Origin: Octopus vulgaris
Lineage: Eukaryota
Direction of reading: 5' to 3'
NCBI GenBank assembly: GCA_951406725.2
Contig: OX597832.1
Span: forward strand, 41,292,001 to 41,356,000
Length of the DNA: 64,000 nucleotides
Numbering within the stretch: position 1 is the stretch's first letter; every line of letters begins with the position of its first letter. The position numbers and the translations under genes were made by a program. A model generated the notes under the pieces. That model saw only the letters and a list, made by a program, of their open reading frames with translations, did no database searches and was not told where the DNA came from. Shown here piece after piece: positions 24,958-39,352 of the stretch.

Positions 24958-25345
24958 TCATCATCATCATCATCCATCATTGTTCGACCGTGGTCGAGAC
25001 AATGGAATTTACTATGTTACGCCAGACCTCCACGGTCCATCATAGCATTACGGAGGTCCTGTTGTTGGATGCCTGTATCCCTGGAGATTACATCAGGGTA
25101 GGAGAGTGTGCACCCTCTGGTATCGCGAGCAGATGGCTTCCAGAGGAGAAGAGTAGAAATTACCTCGTTTTCGGCTCTACAGCAATGCCCAGCAAACTGG
25201 ACTCTTCTACCTTTCACAAGAGATGATACAGGTGGTAATTTCCCATATATTTGTACTTTGGTTGGATGACGCTTCCACGAGAGATTTTGAGCTCTCATAA
25301 GGAGGCGAGTGTAGGTTCCATCCAACTGCCTCTCAATTGCAATTC
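24958..25345 (-). mobile_element. RTE-group LINE 3' end with (GAT)n tail
   Basis: Encodes LDGTYTRLLMRAQNLSWKRHPT...RRVQFAGHCCRAENE...LLLWKP...QQQDLRNAMMDR. A short copy of the same tail lies at about 45715-45815 (+). Confidence 0.8.
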
Positions 25346-25734
25346 CTTCATAGTCATCCTTTGAACTTTTCAGCCCACCCTCATATACTGACTAATGTTA
25401 AGAAATGTACATGTCCAGCTGTTGAAATGGTAGTACTAACCTATGATAATATGTAAATTTACAGAACTGTCCAACTCACAGGTAACTTAAAACAATTGAC
25501 CAGCCCATATCCTGTAGACAGCAACTGTAAAAATATTGGCAGGTATTGTAGTCCATGTGTGAAGATGAAGTGAAAGTAGCTCTTTATACATAATAAGCTT
25601 GTGGAAGAAGTCGCCAAGTGTCCGTGATAGGCCTCTTGGTAGAATAGGTAAGTAGGGTATTGCACATAGTCAACGCCCTGCTAGATTTATTTACTTTATA
25701 TCATACCTTGTAAACAACAGCATTCTTAGTTAAG

Positions 25735-25967
25735 GGCGGCGAGCTGGCAGAATCGTTAGCACGCTGGGCGAAATGCTTAGCGGTATTTCACCTGCCGCTA
25801 CATTCTGAGTTCAAATTCCGCTGAGGTCGACTTTGCCTTTCATCCTTTTGGGGTCAATTAAATAAGTACCAGTTACACACTGGGGTTGATGTAATCGGTT
25901 TAATCCGTCTGTCTGTCCTTGTTTGTCCCCTCTGTGTTTAGCCCCTTGTGGGTAGTAAACAAATAGG
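25735..25967 (+). mobile_element. SINE family A
   Basis: Full-length copy, ggcggcgagctggcagaatcg...gtagtaaacaaataggt. Confidence 0.85.
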
Positions 25968-27305
25968 TTTTCAATCACTGGTTCACTGTAAATATGATGA
26001 TCAAAGTGACAAGTATTTCTGTTCAAAAGCACCAGTTTATCAGTTTTCTCCTTGATGTAAACATCTGTGAAAGCTCATTTTACATTTATCTTCCTATTGT
26101 TGGATGGGTTTTCTTCAGTACAGCATCTTGCCGCTTCCTTGTCATCTCCTTTGTGTTTGTGTATCCCGAGATCTGTTTCGCCACTTCTTTCCCTTCCGCA
26201 GATTCCTTTCACTTTGATTGCTTACCATCTTTTGTTTTTAATCTTTTGTCATCCTCCATACACATTACATGTCGATACCAGGGCAATTTTTTTCGTTTTT
26301 TACACATTCCATCTGATTTCTCTTATACCCTGTTTTGTTATATTTCAAAATTGAAGCAGGTATTACTACTAGCATCAAAGGAATTCTTTTTCTGAGTGAA
26401 GGGTGATATGTCATGCTTGAGAAGACCCCTGAAGCCAAGTGAAATCGTGGTCGTGGCCAATGCTCATATTTCTTTGTTTATGCTAAACATGCCTACCTTC
26501 AGCCTTCTCAGCCTCCTCATTCAATGTCTGTTTTGCTGCCCATCAATACAACACTTCACACAAGAATCATTATCATTTAATATCTCTTTTCCATGCTGGC
26601 ATGGGTTTGACAGCTTAACTGAAAACTTGTAAACTGGGGAGCTGCACTAGATTCCAATCTGATTTGCCATGGTTTTCTATGGCTGGGTGCCCTTCCTAAC
26701 GCCAACCACTCCAAGAGTGTAGTGGGTGCTTTCTATGTTCTACCAGCATGGGTGCCAGTTAGGTAACACTGGCATAGGCCATGACTATTATCTCGCTATG
26801 GTATATCACCAAAGGTCTTGGTCACCTGTCACTGCTTCTGTGAGGCCCAACATTCAAAGGGTGCTTGGCTTGACAGGTCTTTTCAAGCATGGCATATTGC
26901 CCAACATTTCAAGGGCACTTTTTACATGTCACTGGCTTTGGCCACAACTACGATTTCACTTGGCTTCAGGGGTCTTCTCAGGCACGACATATCGCCCTTC
27001 ACTCAAAAAAAAAATTCCTTCGATGCTAATAGTAATACCTGCTTCAATTTTTTCCACCCTGTTCATACTCTGTTTAGTATCATTTAAAAATGCCCACCTT
27101 CACTGCTAATCAGGTAACAAAAGCTATCAATTCAAAGGAGCCTTCTGGCTATTGGAAGCAGCTTATGCCATTGGTGCTCTTACTGTTAACTATTTCTGGG
27201 CATCTGGTCCATACAGTCTTTCTTCTTTTCAATAGTATAGCTAGAGTTTGGGGCAGGCATTGAGTTTGTGGTAGTCCACTGTATAACAGTAGACCCAAAA
27301 GTACC

Positions 27306-27520
27306 TACTTCTTTATTACCCACAAGGGGCTAAACATAGAGAGGACAGACATAGGTATTAAGTCGATTATCTCGACCCCAATGCGTAACTGGTACTTAAT
27401 TTATCGACCCCGAAAGGATGAAAGGCAATGTCGACCTCAGCGGAATTTGAACTCACAGAGTAATGGCAGACGAAATACCGCTAAGCATTTCACCCAGTGT
27501 GCTAACGTTTCTGCCAGCTC
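27306..27520 (-). mobile_element. SINE family A with 13-bp flanking direct repeat
   Basis: acccaaaagtacc occurs at 27293-27305 and 27521-27533. Confidence 0.85.
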
Positions 27521-27524
27521 ACCC

Positions 27525-29764
27525 AAAAGTACCAGTCTCATAAAAGCACCACTCTCATAAAAGCACCACTCTCATAAAAGCACCACTCTCATAAAAGCAC
27601 CACTCTCATAAAAGTACCACTCATAAAAGCACCACTCTCATAAAAGCACCACTCTCATAAAAGCACCACTCTCATAAAAGCACCACTCTCATAAAAGCAC
27701 CACTCTCATAAAAGTACCACTCATAAAAGCACCACTCTCATAAAAGCACCACTCTCATAAAAGCACCACTCATAAAAGCACCACTCTCATAAAAGCACCA
27801 CTCTCATAAAAGCACCACTCTCATAAAAGCACCACTCTCATAAAAGCACCACTCTCATAAAAGTACCACTCATAAAAGCACCACTCTCATAAAAGCACCA
27901 CTCTCATAAAAGCACCACTCCACTCATAAAAGCACCACTCTCATAAAAGCACCACTCTCATAAAAGCACCACTCTCATAAAAGCACCACTCTCATAAAAG
28001 CACCACTCATAAAAGCACCACTCTCATAAAAGCACCACTCTCATAAAAGCACCACTCTCATAAAAGCACTCATAAAAGCTCACTCTCATAAAAGCACCAC
28101 TCTCATAAAAGCACCACTCTCATAAAAGCACCACTCTCATAAAAGCACCACTCTCATAAAAGCACCACTCTCATAAAAGCACCACTCTCATAAAAGCACC
28201 ACTCTCATAAAAGCACCACTCTCATAAAAGCACCACTCTCATAAAAGACCACTATAAGTCATAAAAGCACCACTCTCATAAAAGCACCACTCTCATAAAA
28301 GCACCACTCTCATAAAAGCACCACTCTCATAAAAGCACCACTCTCATAAAAGCACCACTCTCATAAAAGCACCACTCATAAAAGCACCACTCTCATAAAA
28401 GCACCACTCTCATAAAAGCACCACTCTCATAAAAGCACCACTCTCATAAAAGCACCACTCTCATAAAAGCACCACTCTCATAAAAGCACCACTCTCATAA
28501 AAGCACCACTCTCATAAAAGCACCACTCTCATAAAAGCACCACTCTCATAAAAGCACCACTCATAAAAGCACCACTCTCATAAAAGCACCACTCTCATAA
28601 AAGCACCACTCTCATAAAAGTACCACTCATAAAAGCACCACTCTCATAAAAGCACCACTCTCATAAAAGCACCACTCTCATAAAAGCACCACTCTCATAA
28701 AAGCACCACTCTCATAAAAGCACCACTCTCATAAAAGCACCACTCTCATAAAAGCACCACTCTCACCTAAAAGTACCACTCATAAAAGCACCACTCTCAT
28801 AAAAGCACCACTCTCATAAAAGCACCACTCTCATAAAAGCACCACTCTCATAAAAGCACCACTCTCATAAAAGCACCACTCTCATAAAAGCACCACTCTC
28901 ATAAAAGTACCACTCATAAAAGCACCACTCTCATAAAAGCACCACTCTCATAAAAGCACCACTCTCATAAAAGCACCACTCTCATAAAAGCACCACTCTC
29001 ATAAAAGCACCACTCTCATAAAAGTACCACTCATAAAAGCACCACTCTCATAAAAGCACCACTCTCATAAAAGCACCACTCTCATAAAAGCACCACTCTC
29101 ATAAAAGCACCACTCTCATAAAAGCACCACTCTCATAAAAGTACCACTCATAAAAGCACCACTCTCATAAAAGCACCACTCTCATAAAAGCACCACTCTC
29201 ATAAAAGTACCACTCATAAAAGCACCACTCTCATAAAAGCACCACTCTCATAAAAGCACCACTCTCATAAAAGCACCACTCTCATAAAAGCACCACTCTC
29301 ATAAAAGCACCACTCTCATAAAAGTACCACTCATAAAAGCACCACTCTCATAAAAGCACCACTCTCATAAAAGCACCACTCTCATAAAAGCACCACTCTC
29401 ATAAAAGCACCACTCTCATAAAAGTACCACTCATAAAAGCACCACTCTCATAAAAGCACCACTCTCATAAAAGCACCACTCTCATAAAAGTACCACTCAT
29501 AAAAGCACCACTCTCATAAAAGCACCACTCTCATAAAAGCACCACTCTCATAAAAGCACCACTCTCATAAAAGCACCACTCTCATAAAAGTACCACTCAT
29601 AAAAGCACCACTCTCATAAAAGCACCACTCTCATAAAAGCACCACTCTCATAAAAGCACCACTCTCATAAAAGCACCACTCTCATAAAAGCACCACTCTC
29701 ATAAAAGCACCACTCTCATAAAAGCACCACTCTCATAAAAGTACCACTCATAAAAGCACCACTC
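27525..29764. repeat. About 2.2-kb minisatellite of 17-bp units (aaaagcaccactctcat) with periodic 15-bp variants (aaaagtaccactcat)
   Basis: Seen directly, roughly 130 units. Confidence 0.97.
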
Positions 29765-30285
29765 GGGGCTGACTGTTTCCTCCCCACAGCTACACTACTG
29801 CTTCTTTTTTATTAGCTTGACTGTGAGCTTTCTATGTCTCTTGTGCACTCATAGTTTTACATTAAGTACACAGAATTCCTACCTTACATCATCACCATCA
29901 TAGTTTAATGTCCACCTTCCATGCTGACATGGGTTGGATGGTTTGACAGGAGCCTGCACCAGGCTTCTGTGCCTTTTGGCATGGTTTCTATGGCTGAATG
30001 CCCTTCCTAATGCCAACCACTCCACAGAGTGTAATGGGTGCTTTTTATGTGGCACCATTATATTTAGTATTTGAGTGGTTGTAAATAAGCATCATCACTT
30101 TACTGGAGAGATCCTCATCATAATTTCAGGTAGTTTTTGTACAGAAATGGTTAATGAAGTAAACCTGTTGTTTAGCCCTAGGTCAACCTTGATTGAGCAG
30201 TCTTATCTTTTACTCATTTCAATATTGGACCACAGCCATTCTGGGGCAACACCTTGAAGGGTTTTGCTGTATACCGTTCATGTTC

Positions 30286-30516
30286 AACCCTTTTAAATTA
30301 TTAAATATTATTCTACGAAGCATAATGCTTATTTATTCAAATTAGTTTTAATTAATTATGCATTATCTCACTACTTCTGGATTTCAATGATATGATGATA
30401 GATTTTTAGAATGATATTTTATGGTAAGCACGAGAGGCTGAATTTGGTCAGTTTGAACATAAAACAGGTAGAATATTTGGGGCCTGATATAAGCCTGTTT
30501 AAATACTGAAGGGTTA
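30286..30516. mobile_element. piggyBac-type MITE (same family as 61443-61661), diverged
   Basis: tcaacccttt...tactgaagggttaa ends and shared internal sequence. Other diverged copies lie at about 15250-15475 and 50007-50233. Confidence 0.6.
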
Positions 30517-31994
30517 AAAGAAAGAGTTTAATATCGTTTACTTAGTAGGCATAGTAGTTATGTGTAGTTTCATTCTTGATGGGTGATAGACAACTCAAAT
30601 GAAGGCATTGTTATATGTGTTTTATTTACTTCACTTGTTGCACGGACTGTTGACATTCAGCGCAGTAATACTTATATACTTTAGACACAGTTTGTACTGT
30701 TTACTAATAAAATAGTGCCAAAAGTGGGGATGTATTCTACACACGTATACCTACGTATACACATAGATATGAATGTGTAACAGTAGTTGTGACTTTATTA
30801 TTGAAGGGAACAAAACTAGCACGACCTTCTTGGAGGATGTCTTTGAGGTCCCTGTTCCGTTCCATTTGTTGTGCAATGTTAATTTACAGTTGAGTGGTTG
30901 GGTGAATTGGAAAGTACCTAAGTATGAAATGTGTGTATTTATGTACCTGGGTAGATTGCTACACTGCTCTAGGAGATGCAGTGTAAACAGGTAAGAACTG
31001 TTAAGTGGACAATATTGGTGCAAGCATGGCTGTGTGGTCACTAGGTTTGCTTCACAACCATCATGAGGTTTTGAATGTGGTACCTTAGGTGAATGTTTTT
31101 TACTGTGTCCCTTGTCTGACCAATGCTATGTGAGCAAATTTGGTAGATGGAAACTGCAGGAAGATTGTCATAGGTTTGTATATGTATGAGAAATTATAAA
31201 TTTATATCATGTATTCCCTATGTATAATAGTGATATTGTGGTTATTTTTGTGCTCTGCAGGGGAGGTTCCAAAGGCAACTGGATTACACACAAAATTATA
31301 TGCGTGTGTGTCTAAGAACACAAATAGGTTGTGGTTTTTACTTATTTTACACCATATCTGGAACTTTCCCTATTATGATTTTATTCTACATATTCCTGTC
31401 TGATTCACACACTTATTGCAACGACCTCGCTGTAAAAGATTCGAGCGAGGTCGTTGCCAGTGCCGCCTGACTGACCACGTGCCAGTGGCACGTAAAAGCA
31501 GCCACTACACTCTCGGAGTGGTTGGCGTTAGGAAGGGCATCCAGCTGTAGAAACTGCCAGATCATGATTGAAGCCTGGTGCAGCCATCTGGTTTGCCAGC
31601 CCTCAGTCATTCGTCCAACCCATGCTAGCATGGAAAGCGGACGTTAAACGATGAAGATGATTGCAGTGGTCCTTCAGTTTTTCTCAGCCCTGTAAAAGAA
31701 CTTAGGAGGTTGGGCCTCCAACTAGGTCTTTCATGAGACCCTTAAAGCCAGGAACTTTTCAGCGCCCCTTTGTATGTATATACATATGTATGCACACCTG
31801 CGTGCTTATGCAAATAAACATGGATATTGATGTTCCACCTTGTCAACAGTTGAGTGGTGTTAATGTTGACATTCTTTGCTAACATTGTGACCAATCTTTC
31901 TGTGCTTTTGATGACCTTTGGAAAATGGATAAATGTTGGCATTTAGAAGAGAATCCAGATGTAAAATCTTGCTTCAAATAATTGTAGTTTGTTC

Positions 31995-32290
31995 CTTCTC
32001 AAGCCATGCCTTGCTCATAAGGGCCGGTTTCCTGGTTTCCTTGACGTATAGGTTCCCCACCTGGATGGGATGCCGGTCTGTCGCAGGTGAGCCGCAAGAT
32101 GCAGGAGGAAAGAGTGAGAGAAAGTTGTGGCGAAAGAGTCAGCAGAAGTTCGCCATTACCTTCTGCCGGAGCCGCGTGGAGCTTGGGTGTTTCGCTCATA
32201 AACACACACACATCGCCCAGTCTGAGATTCGAACCCGCGATCCCTCGACCACGAGTCCACTGCTCTAACCACTAGGCCATGTGCCTCCAC
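31995..32290 (-). mobile_element. tRNA-derived SINE with a V-domain-like segment
   Basis: The sense strand has tggcctagtggttagagc (A box) and gggttcgaatc (B box), then cctgcgacagaccggcatcccatccagg. Confidence 0.75.
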
Positions 32291-34656
32291 GCTTCAAATA
32301 ATACACCATCCAAATCCATGCTAGAATGGGGGAAAATGAACATTGGACAAATGGACTATAGATCTGAGGTTGTTGGGCCTCACAAACAAGACAGTCAAAG
32401 ATGTGTGGTGTTGCAAACCTATCAAACCAAGCCAAACAAATTAACACAAAATAAGTTGGTTTTTTTTTTTTTCTACACAGATTTATTAACAATTAATGCT
32501 GATTTTTTTTTTTTTTTCTTCTTTTCTCATTTTAATCATAAACCCTTGGAAGATGTAATATTTCCATGTTCAAATACATTTGGATTTCCTTGTATGGTAG
32601 ATAAATTGATAATCCTAATTTTTATTATAATAATAATAATAATATTAATAATAATATTACAAATAGATGGAACAGTCTTGATATGAGTTTCAGATCGACT
32701 CTGAAGATGTCCTTGACTGTTTGAGTAACCTGCATCTCAATGAAGTTATTAAAGAACAAACATGAGTCGGGAAAGGGGTGGGAGGGTGGGAGAAGAGGTC
32801 AGGGGTTTAGGATGGAAGGGTTTTATATTTCTAGGAGTTTTACACACACACAGAAAAGAAAAAAAAGCGTTAAAAAAAATTTTGCCAGTCATTTTAAAAA
32901 CAATTTTTCCTTTTTTTTTTGTTTGTATAAGAAAAAAAAATCAAAAAAAAATCAACCATAATTATATAGGAAGGCAAGCTGACTGAGTATAAATAAGATG
33001 GAGGGGGTGAGGAGAAGCAAGTCACTGAGTGAAGACTGAAATGGTTATGATGATGATGGTGGTGTGATGACTCAGTTAAAAAAACAAAAACAACCCGCCC
33101 CTCCCCCCAAAAAACCCCCATGGAGTAATAAAGGTACAAGGGCCTAACATTGCCTACACAGCAAGATCTTTGTTAATGACACAAAGATTAAACTTGACAT
33201 ATGGTACCTCTCTCTCATGGTGGCTGATTTTATATATATATAAAATAAAGTGTTTTATGAGACATATTTCCATCCCCTGATCTTGTTCATAAAAGGGCAA
33301 AAGATAAAAGTCGACCCTAACAAGATTTGAACTGTCATTAGGAAGTTTGTAGCCCAGCTTTGTAAACATTTCTCTGTCAGTTGCCCATTATTCACTTGTA
33401 TTCCGCAGCTTAAACTATAAAACTTAAAAACACCGTCGTCTACTTTCCCTGGGGTAGAGTTGCTGTCTAACTCCATCTGGGTCACCAGCAAAACCTTACA
33501 CGGGAACAGGGGCAATATGTATAATTAACACATTGCTCCACAAGGCCGGGGAGTTTTCAGTGGTGGGGGTATAACAGTGGTAGTGAGTTTATAATAGACA
33601 AATCACCGAAGACTGCATCCCTGCCCAAACCAGAGAAGCAAATTCAGAGTTGCAAACTAAAGAGAAATACTCATCAATTTTTAGTGCTCCCACTGTTTAT
33701 CAGTAGATGTGTGTTGTGTACGTTAGTGAGTGTGTAGTATAAATATATGTGTGTGCACTATGTATGTCCTCATGATAGGGAGTAGCACCCACTCTCTGCC
33801 ACCCTATTTACAACCAGCTGAACTGGGCCCACAGACACTGCACCGCAGATTACAAGATTTGAATCCCTAATTCTTTAATTAATAATCTACCTAATTAAAC
33901 TGTGATTGTCAAACCAGACATAGACACCATTGGTACATACAACCCTTTAAACCTAGATATTTAACAAGTCTGCTCCAGCATGGACTATTAAACCACACTT
34001 ATCTTTCTCACCTTTTTCCCTTTGTCCATATATATTTGTCCATGTTTGGAATCAACGTATTACCATTTTAGGATGGTTTTAAACAAGGTTTAAAGTAAAA
34101 AAAAAAAAGGGGGGGAGGTGCAATGATTAGAAGGATGAAAATAGAAGCTGGAATTATAGTTTGTCTAAAATGGCTCTGTGTGTGTGTGTGAATGTCTGAA
34201 TCAGGCACATGCTATACATACTCAGAGCAGGCAGTAGGTGTTAATAAAGTTAACTGCCAAAAACTATTACAACTATGAGATAAGGTGTAAAAATGTGTCT
34301 GTATATATATGTATATATATATGTCTCCACACAAAAAATGGAATAAGCAGAACAAGATGAGACGCATGGGATAGAGAGTTGCTGAAGAGGTCACAGAGTG
34401 TGTGATGAAAGAACTTTGACAAAGAAACTGATATAATATAATCTTTTCTACTCTAGGCACAAGGCCTGAAATTTTCGGGAAGGTGGGGCAGTCAATTAGA
34501 TCGACCCCAGTATGCAACTGGTACTTAATTTATCGACCCCGAAAGGATGAAAGGCAAAGTCGACCTCAGAACTGATATAATATAATAAAGCTGAAATGAA
34601 GACTGAATGTATAGTGCATGTGTTTAATTGGCAAAATATGACCACCCCCAACTATA

Positions 34657-35048
34657 TTCTTTTACTTATTTCAGTCATTTGACTGCGGCCATGCTGGAGC
34701 ACTGCCTTTAATCGAGCAACTCGACCCCGGGACTTATTCTTTTGTAAGCCCAGTACTTATTCTATCGGTCTCTTTTGCCGAACCGCTAAGTAACGGGGAC
34801 ATAAACACACCAGCATCGGTTGTCAAGCAATGCTAGGGGGACAAACACAGACATACAAGCATACACGCACACATACATATATACGACGGGCTTCTTTTCA
34901 GTTTCCGTCTACCAAATCCACTCACAAGGCTTTGGTCAGCCCGAGGCTATAGTAGAAGACACTTGCCCAAGGTGCCACACAGTGGGACTGAACCCAGAAC
35001 CATGTGGTTGGTAAACAAGCTACTTACCACACAGCCACTCCTGCACCT
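34657..35048 (-). mobile_element. SINE family B, young copy
   Basis: Near-identical to the copies at 35780-36165, 36975-37364, 56148-56525 and 58251-58665. The head is aggtgcaggagtggctgtgtggtaag...gggttcagtcccactg...ccttgggcaagtgtctt. Confidence 0.85.
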
Positions 35049-35779
35049 ATATATATATATGTATATATATATGCACACACATAAAGAATGGTAGTGTCTC
35101 AGCATGGCTAAAGCTAGCACAAGTCTATGCACACATACATTACAGATAACAATTAAAGCATTTCTAATAAAACTGCACCTTGTATGACAAAATAATAATT
35201 ATATCTATCCCTTTATCAAATGATAACAGGAGCTGGAGAATACACATGCTGGAGCAATCTAAAGCTCTAATGAAGGTGTGTCAACATCTGATAGATGAAC
35301 TTAGCCAGAGAGGTTCTGCTTACCACATTATGAACCATACTATTGTAGGCAAGGCAAAGGCATGTACTCTGCAGACCACACTTGCAAGCCACCCATGCGA
35401 ATAAGAACTGATGCAGAGTACAGAGAGAGAGAGACTCTTGATTTCCTCTTTGCATGGGACAAACCTCTCAGGTGGCAGGAGGGGAGGGTCATGAAAGGAT
35501 GCACTTAAGACATACATAACATCAAAGACAGTGGGTTTTATGCAGTGCTCTGTATGTGAGCATGTAAGACGAAGCAGACCATAATGACCTGTCCAACCCA
35601 TGCCAGCATGGAAAAACAAGAAAAAGGAAATAAACACAAAATTATTAAAATGATGATACCTATGTCTATAGGAATAACCGCCACCCCCCCCCAACCACTG
35701 ACTGTGTTTTTACCTATGTAAATAAACATATAGATAGATATATTTGTATTTTTTTTGCAGTTTATTCCCCCACCTCCCT

Positions 35780-36165
35780 CTACTCTTTTATTTGTTTCAG
35801 TCATTTGACTGTGGCCATGCTGGAGCACCGCCTTTAGTCGAGCAAATCGACCCCAGGACTTATTCTTTGTAAGCCTAGTATTTATTCAATCGGTCTCTTT
35901 TGTCGAACCGCTAAGTTACGGGGACGTAAACACACCAGCATTGGTTGTCAAGCGATGGGGGGGGGACAAACGCAAACATATACACACACACATGCATATA
36001 TATACGACAGGCTTCTTTCACTTTTCGTCTACCAAATTCACTCAAGGCTTTGGTTGGCCTGAAGCTATAGTAGAAAACACTTGCCCAAGGTGCCACGCAG
36101 TGGGACTGAACCTGGAACCATGTGGTTCGTAAGCAAGCTACTTACCACACATCCACTCCTACGCC
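35780..36165 (-). mobile_element. SINE family B
   Basis: Sequence match to the other family B copies. Confidence 0.85.
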
Positions 36166-36974
36166 TATACACAATCCTATTAAACATTATTTTTATACAT
36201 GAAATAATTGTTTCAAATCCTGGCACAGAGCCAGAAATTTTGATGAGAGAGGAAAGTCAATGACATCAGCCCCAGTACATGACTGGTACTTTAATTTAAT
36301 CAACCCTGAAAGGCAAAGTTGACTGTGGCAGAATTTGAACTTGAAATGTAAAGAGTCATAAGAAATGACACTAAGTATTATGTCTCTGACGTGTGGGCAA
36401 TTCTGCAAGATCACCGCTTCATATATGAAATTATTATTAAAGATAACAAGTAAATAATTTCCAGTTCGTTATGGAAATGATAATTAAATGCTTGGGGTTC
36501 AATGTATAACTTGAGTAAATGGCTAATGTGTGTTGTATGTATGTAGTATATGTCGTTATATATTGTGTGGTAGTGTGTATGTATGATTTAAGGAAACTGG
36601 GGAAAAAAAAGATAATTTAATAAACTCTAATTAGTTTACTTATTAAAGTGGTGACCACCTTCATGAAATATCAATTTCACATACACACATAGGACACAGG
36701 CTGAGGTACTTGTCCAAGAGACCATGCAGTGGGACTGAATATTTAAACAGATTAACAATTAAATCCATTTATAAATATATGATGGCAAACTTTAGAATCC
36801 ATTGGGTTGTTAGAAACTAAAAGGGGACGGTCCTTTAGTATGGATATAATTTGTTTCCCATATAAAATACAGGTTGCATAATCAAATGTGTGAAGTAATA
36901 TATAAATAAATATATTCTACGCAAAATATGGTGCAACAGCAATGCTAGGTGTGTGTTTATACACATACATATCT

Positions 36975-37364
36975 CTCTTTTACTTGTTTCAGTCATTTGA
37001 CTGCGGCCATGCTGGAGCACCGCCTTTAGTCGAGCAAATCGACCCCGGGACTTATTCTTTGTAAGCCCAGTACTTATTCTATCGGTCTCTTTTGCCGAAC
37101 TGCTAAGTGACGGGGACGTAAACACACCAGCATCGGTTGTCAAGCAATGCTAGGGGGACAAACACAGACACACAAACACACACATATATATATATATATA
37201 CGACAGGCTTCTTTCAGTTTCCGTCTACCAAATCCACTCACAAGGCATTGGTTGGCCTGGGGCTATAGCAGAAGACACTTGCCCAAGATGCCACGCAGCG
37301 GGACTGAACCCGGAACCATGTGGTTGGTTAGCAAGCTACTTACCACACAGCCACTCCTGCGCCT
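36975..37364 (-). mobile_element. SINE family B
   Basis: Sequence match to the other family B copies. Confidence 0.85.
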
Positions 37365-37465
37365 ATATATATATATAGAAAATGTAGGTAAGATTCGGTT
37401 GAACTAGGTACTTAAGTTGAAGCACCAGATCAGTCCGGTATTATCCTGTTGCTTACTTTGACAGG

Positions 37466-37503
<38 letters not shown>

Positions 37504-39177
37504 AAACATGTTATTTAGTTCAGAGAATTACAGGTGACTATACACACTGACAAATCAGCATGGGATATATATATATATGTGTGTGTGTGGGTTGATGATA
37601 TTAATATAGGTCATTTAGCAGACTTACAAGCTGAATGTAGGTGGATACCATCATCACGGAGATATTTATTAAAATGCATGCACACACACATAGATACAGA
37701 TAGATGCATAAACACACACACACACATGTATATGCACACTGAAGAGATGACAAAGGACTGCTCCAACTGGTGATATTATACAGTGCTGCAGAAGATCAAA
37801 TAACTCACGACAAAACAAACACACTTTGAGATGAAGTGTTTGAAGGCTGAGACATTTTGTACTCTGCTAAACACAAATCTTGTTGCCCTTCTCTTCTTCC
37901 GGTGTCATATCCTTTGAAACCTCTCACCACTCAATTGCCTACTCCCAGCTCATTTTAAAACCAGTTTCTCTCCCATTTATAGCTCTCTCTCTCCATTTCC
38001 ACCACCCATTCTCACCCCTTCACTAAACCCATAAAAAACTATAGGACCACCCTCTTCCCTTTATGATACTCTCTAACTTCACCCTTGTGTATTACCAGCC
38101 ATTATTCCTTCCCTGTGGAGGTGCATGGCTTAGTGGTCAGGGTGTGGGACTCATGATTGTAAGATTGTGGTTTCAATTCCTAGACTGGGCAATGTGTTGT
38201 GTTCTTGAGCAAAACACTTTATTTCACATTGGTCCAGTTCAGTCAGATGGCAAAAATAAGTGACCCTGTGATGGACTGGTGTCCCATCTAAATGGGGAAT
38301 ATACATGCTATGAAACTGGCCCTTATGAGTCAGTATGACTCAAGAAAGTAACTTTACCTTTTACTCCTTCCCTCCCACCTCAGGATCCTTTCTTTTGCCA
38401 CCCATCACCCACTTTTTATCTTATCCCTTAAATCCCTTTTACCTTTGTCCACCTCTGCTGCTGCCAATCACTTACTGATTCCACCCCAAATAATCTATTT
38501 ACATTATTATATGGCTCCATTGTTTGACCCGATCAGCCTGACCCTCCTTACATAATCAGCCTCTCTTCTAATTGTCTCAAATTAGTTACTTGAAAAATGT
38601 ACATGCACTAAGTTATTGAGTACTCTCTTCACTTGGACACTTGGTTCCCTCACCCACTTCTAGCTTTATGTCTTCTCCTTGGTTGTCTAAGTTCACTTGG
38701 GTATGCTCAACATTTTCCTATGTGCAGGGGCATCCCACTTTTGTACTGGTGCTTACAATAAAAAGTGATAAATCATGTTCTTTCTAGAGCAGGGATTCTC
38801 AATGTGAAGGCCCTAAGAAAATTGTGGTGATGCATGGGATCCAAAATTCCACCCTGCCCTTATATACTACACCTATACTTTTTTTCCAACCACCAGAAGA
38901 GCATACATTTTTCTTGAATGTTATAGTGGGGCCTGTTTTAGAATGACTGTTACTTGTACAGTGAGTGTTTGGCAAATGAGAAGAGAATGTTTAGGGTTGT
39001 GAGGTCTCTTTATCATGAGATAAAGCACCCACTACACTCAGTAAAGTGGTTGGTGATAGGCAAATCACCCAACTGTAGAAACCAAGTGAAATGACACAAA
39101 TGAGCATCAGTGTATTGTAGCAGTAAAGAGAGAACGGATGCAAATGAGGACGATGATGTTATATATATATATGTTAT

Positions 39178-39352
39178 ACAGACAAAATGGTAATATCTTG
39201 AATGCACTATAGCCATGAAAACAGCAGAAGGATTGGATATTATTACCCTTATAAAACAGAAAAAAAGGTGTCACTATTGACAACTTTTTCCTGTCTTATA
39301 AGGGCAATAATACTTGATCCTTCTGCTTTCAAAATATTACGTTCCTGTCTGT
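39178..39352. repeat. Foldback/MITE-like long hairpin
   Basis: agcagaaggattggatattattacccttataaaacagaaaaaaaggtgtca-ctat-tgacaactttttcctgtcttataagggcaataatacttgatccttctgct, with outer arms gtaatatcttgaa / ttcaaaatattac. Confidence 0.8.

Noticed and set aside
27525-29764. Possible CRISPR-like or telomeric array
   Set aside because: The units are contiguous with no unique spacers, there are no cas genes, the context is eukaryotic, and the unit is not TTAGGG-like.
35180-35404. 74-aa ORF (MLEQSKALMKVCQHLIDELSQRG) as a missing ASAP exon
   Set aside because: It has no similarity to the expected FFQDGLK segment and no convincing splice sites.
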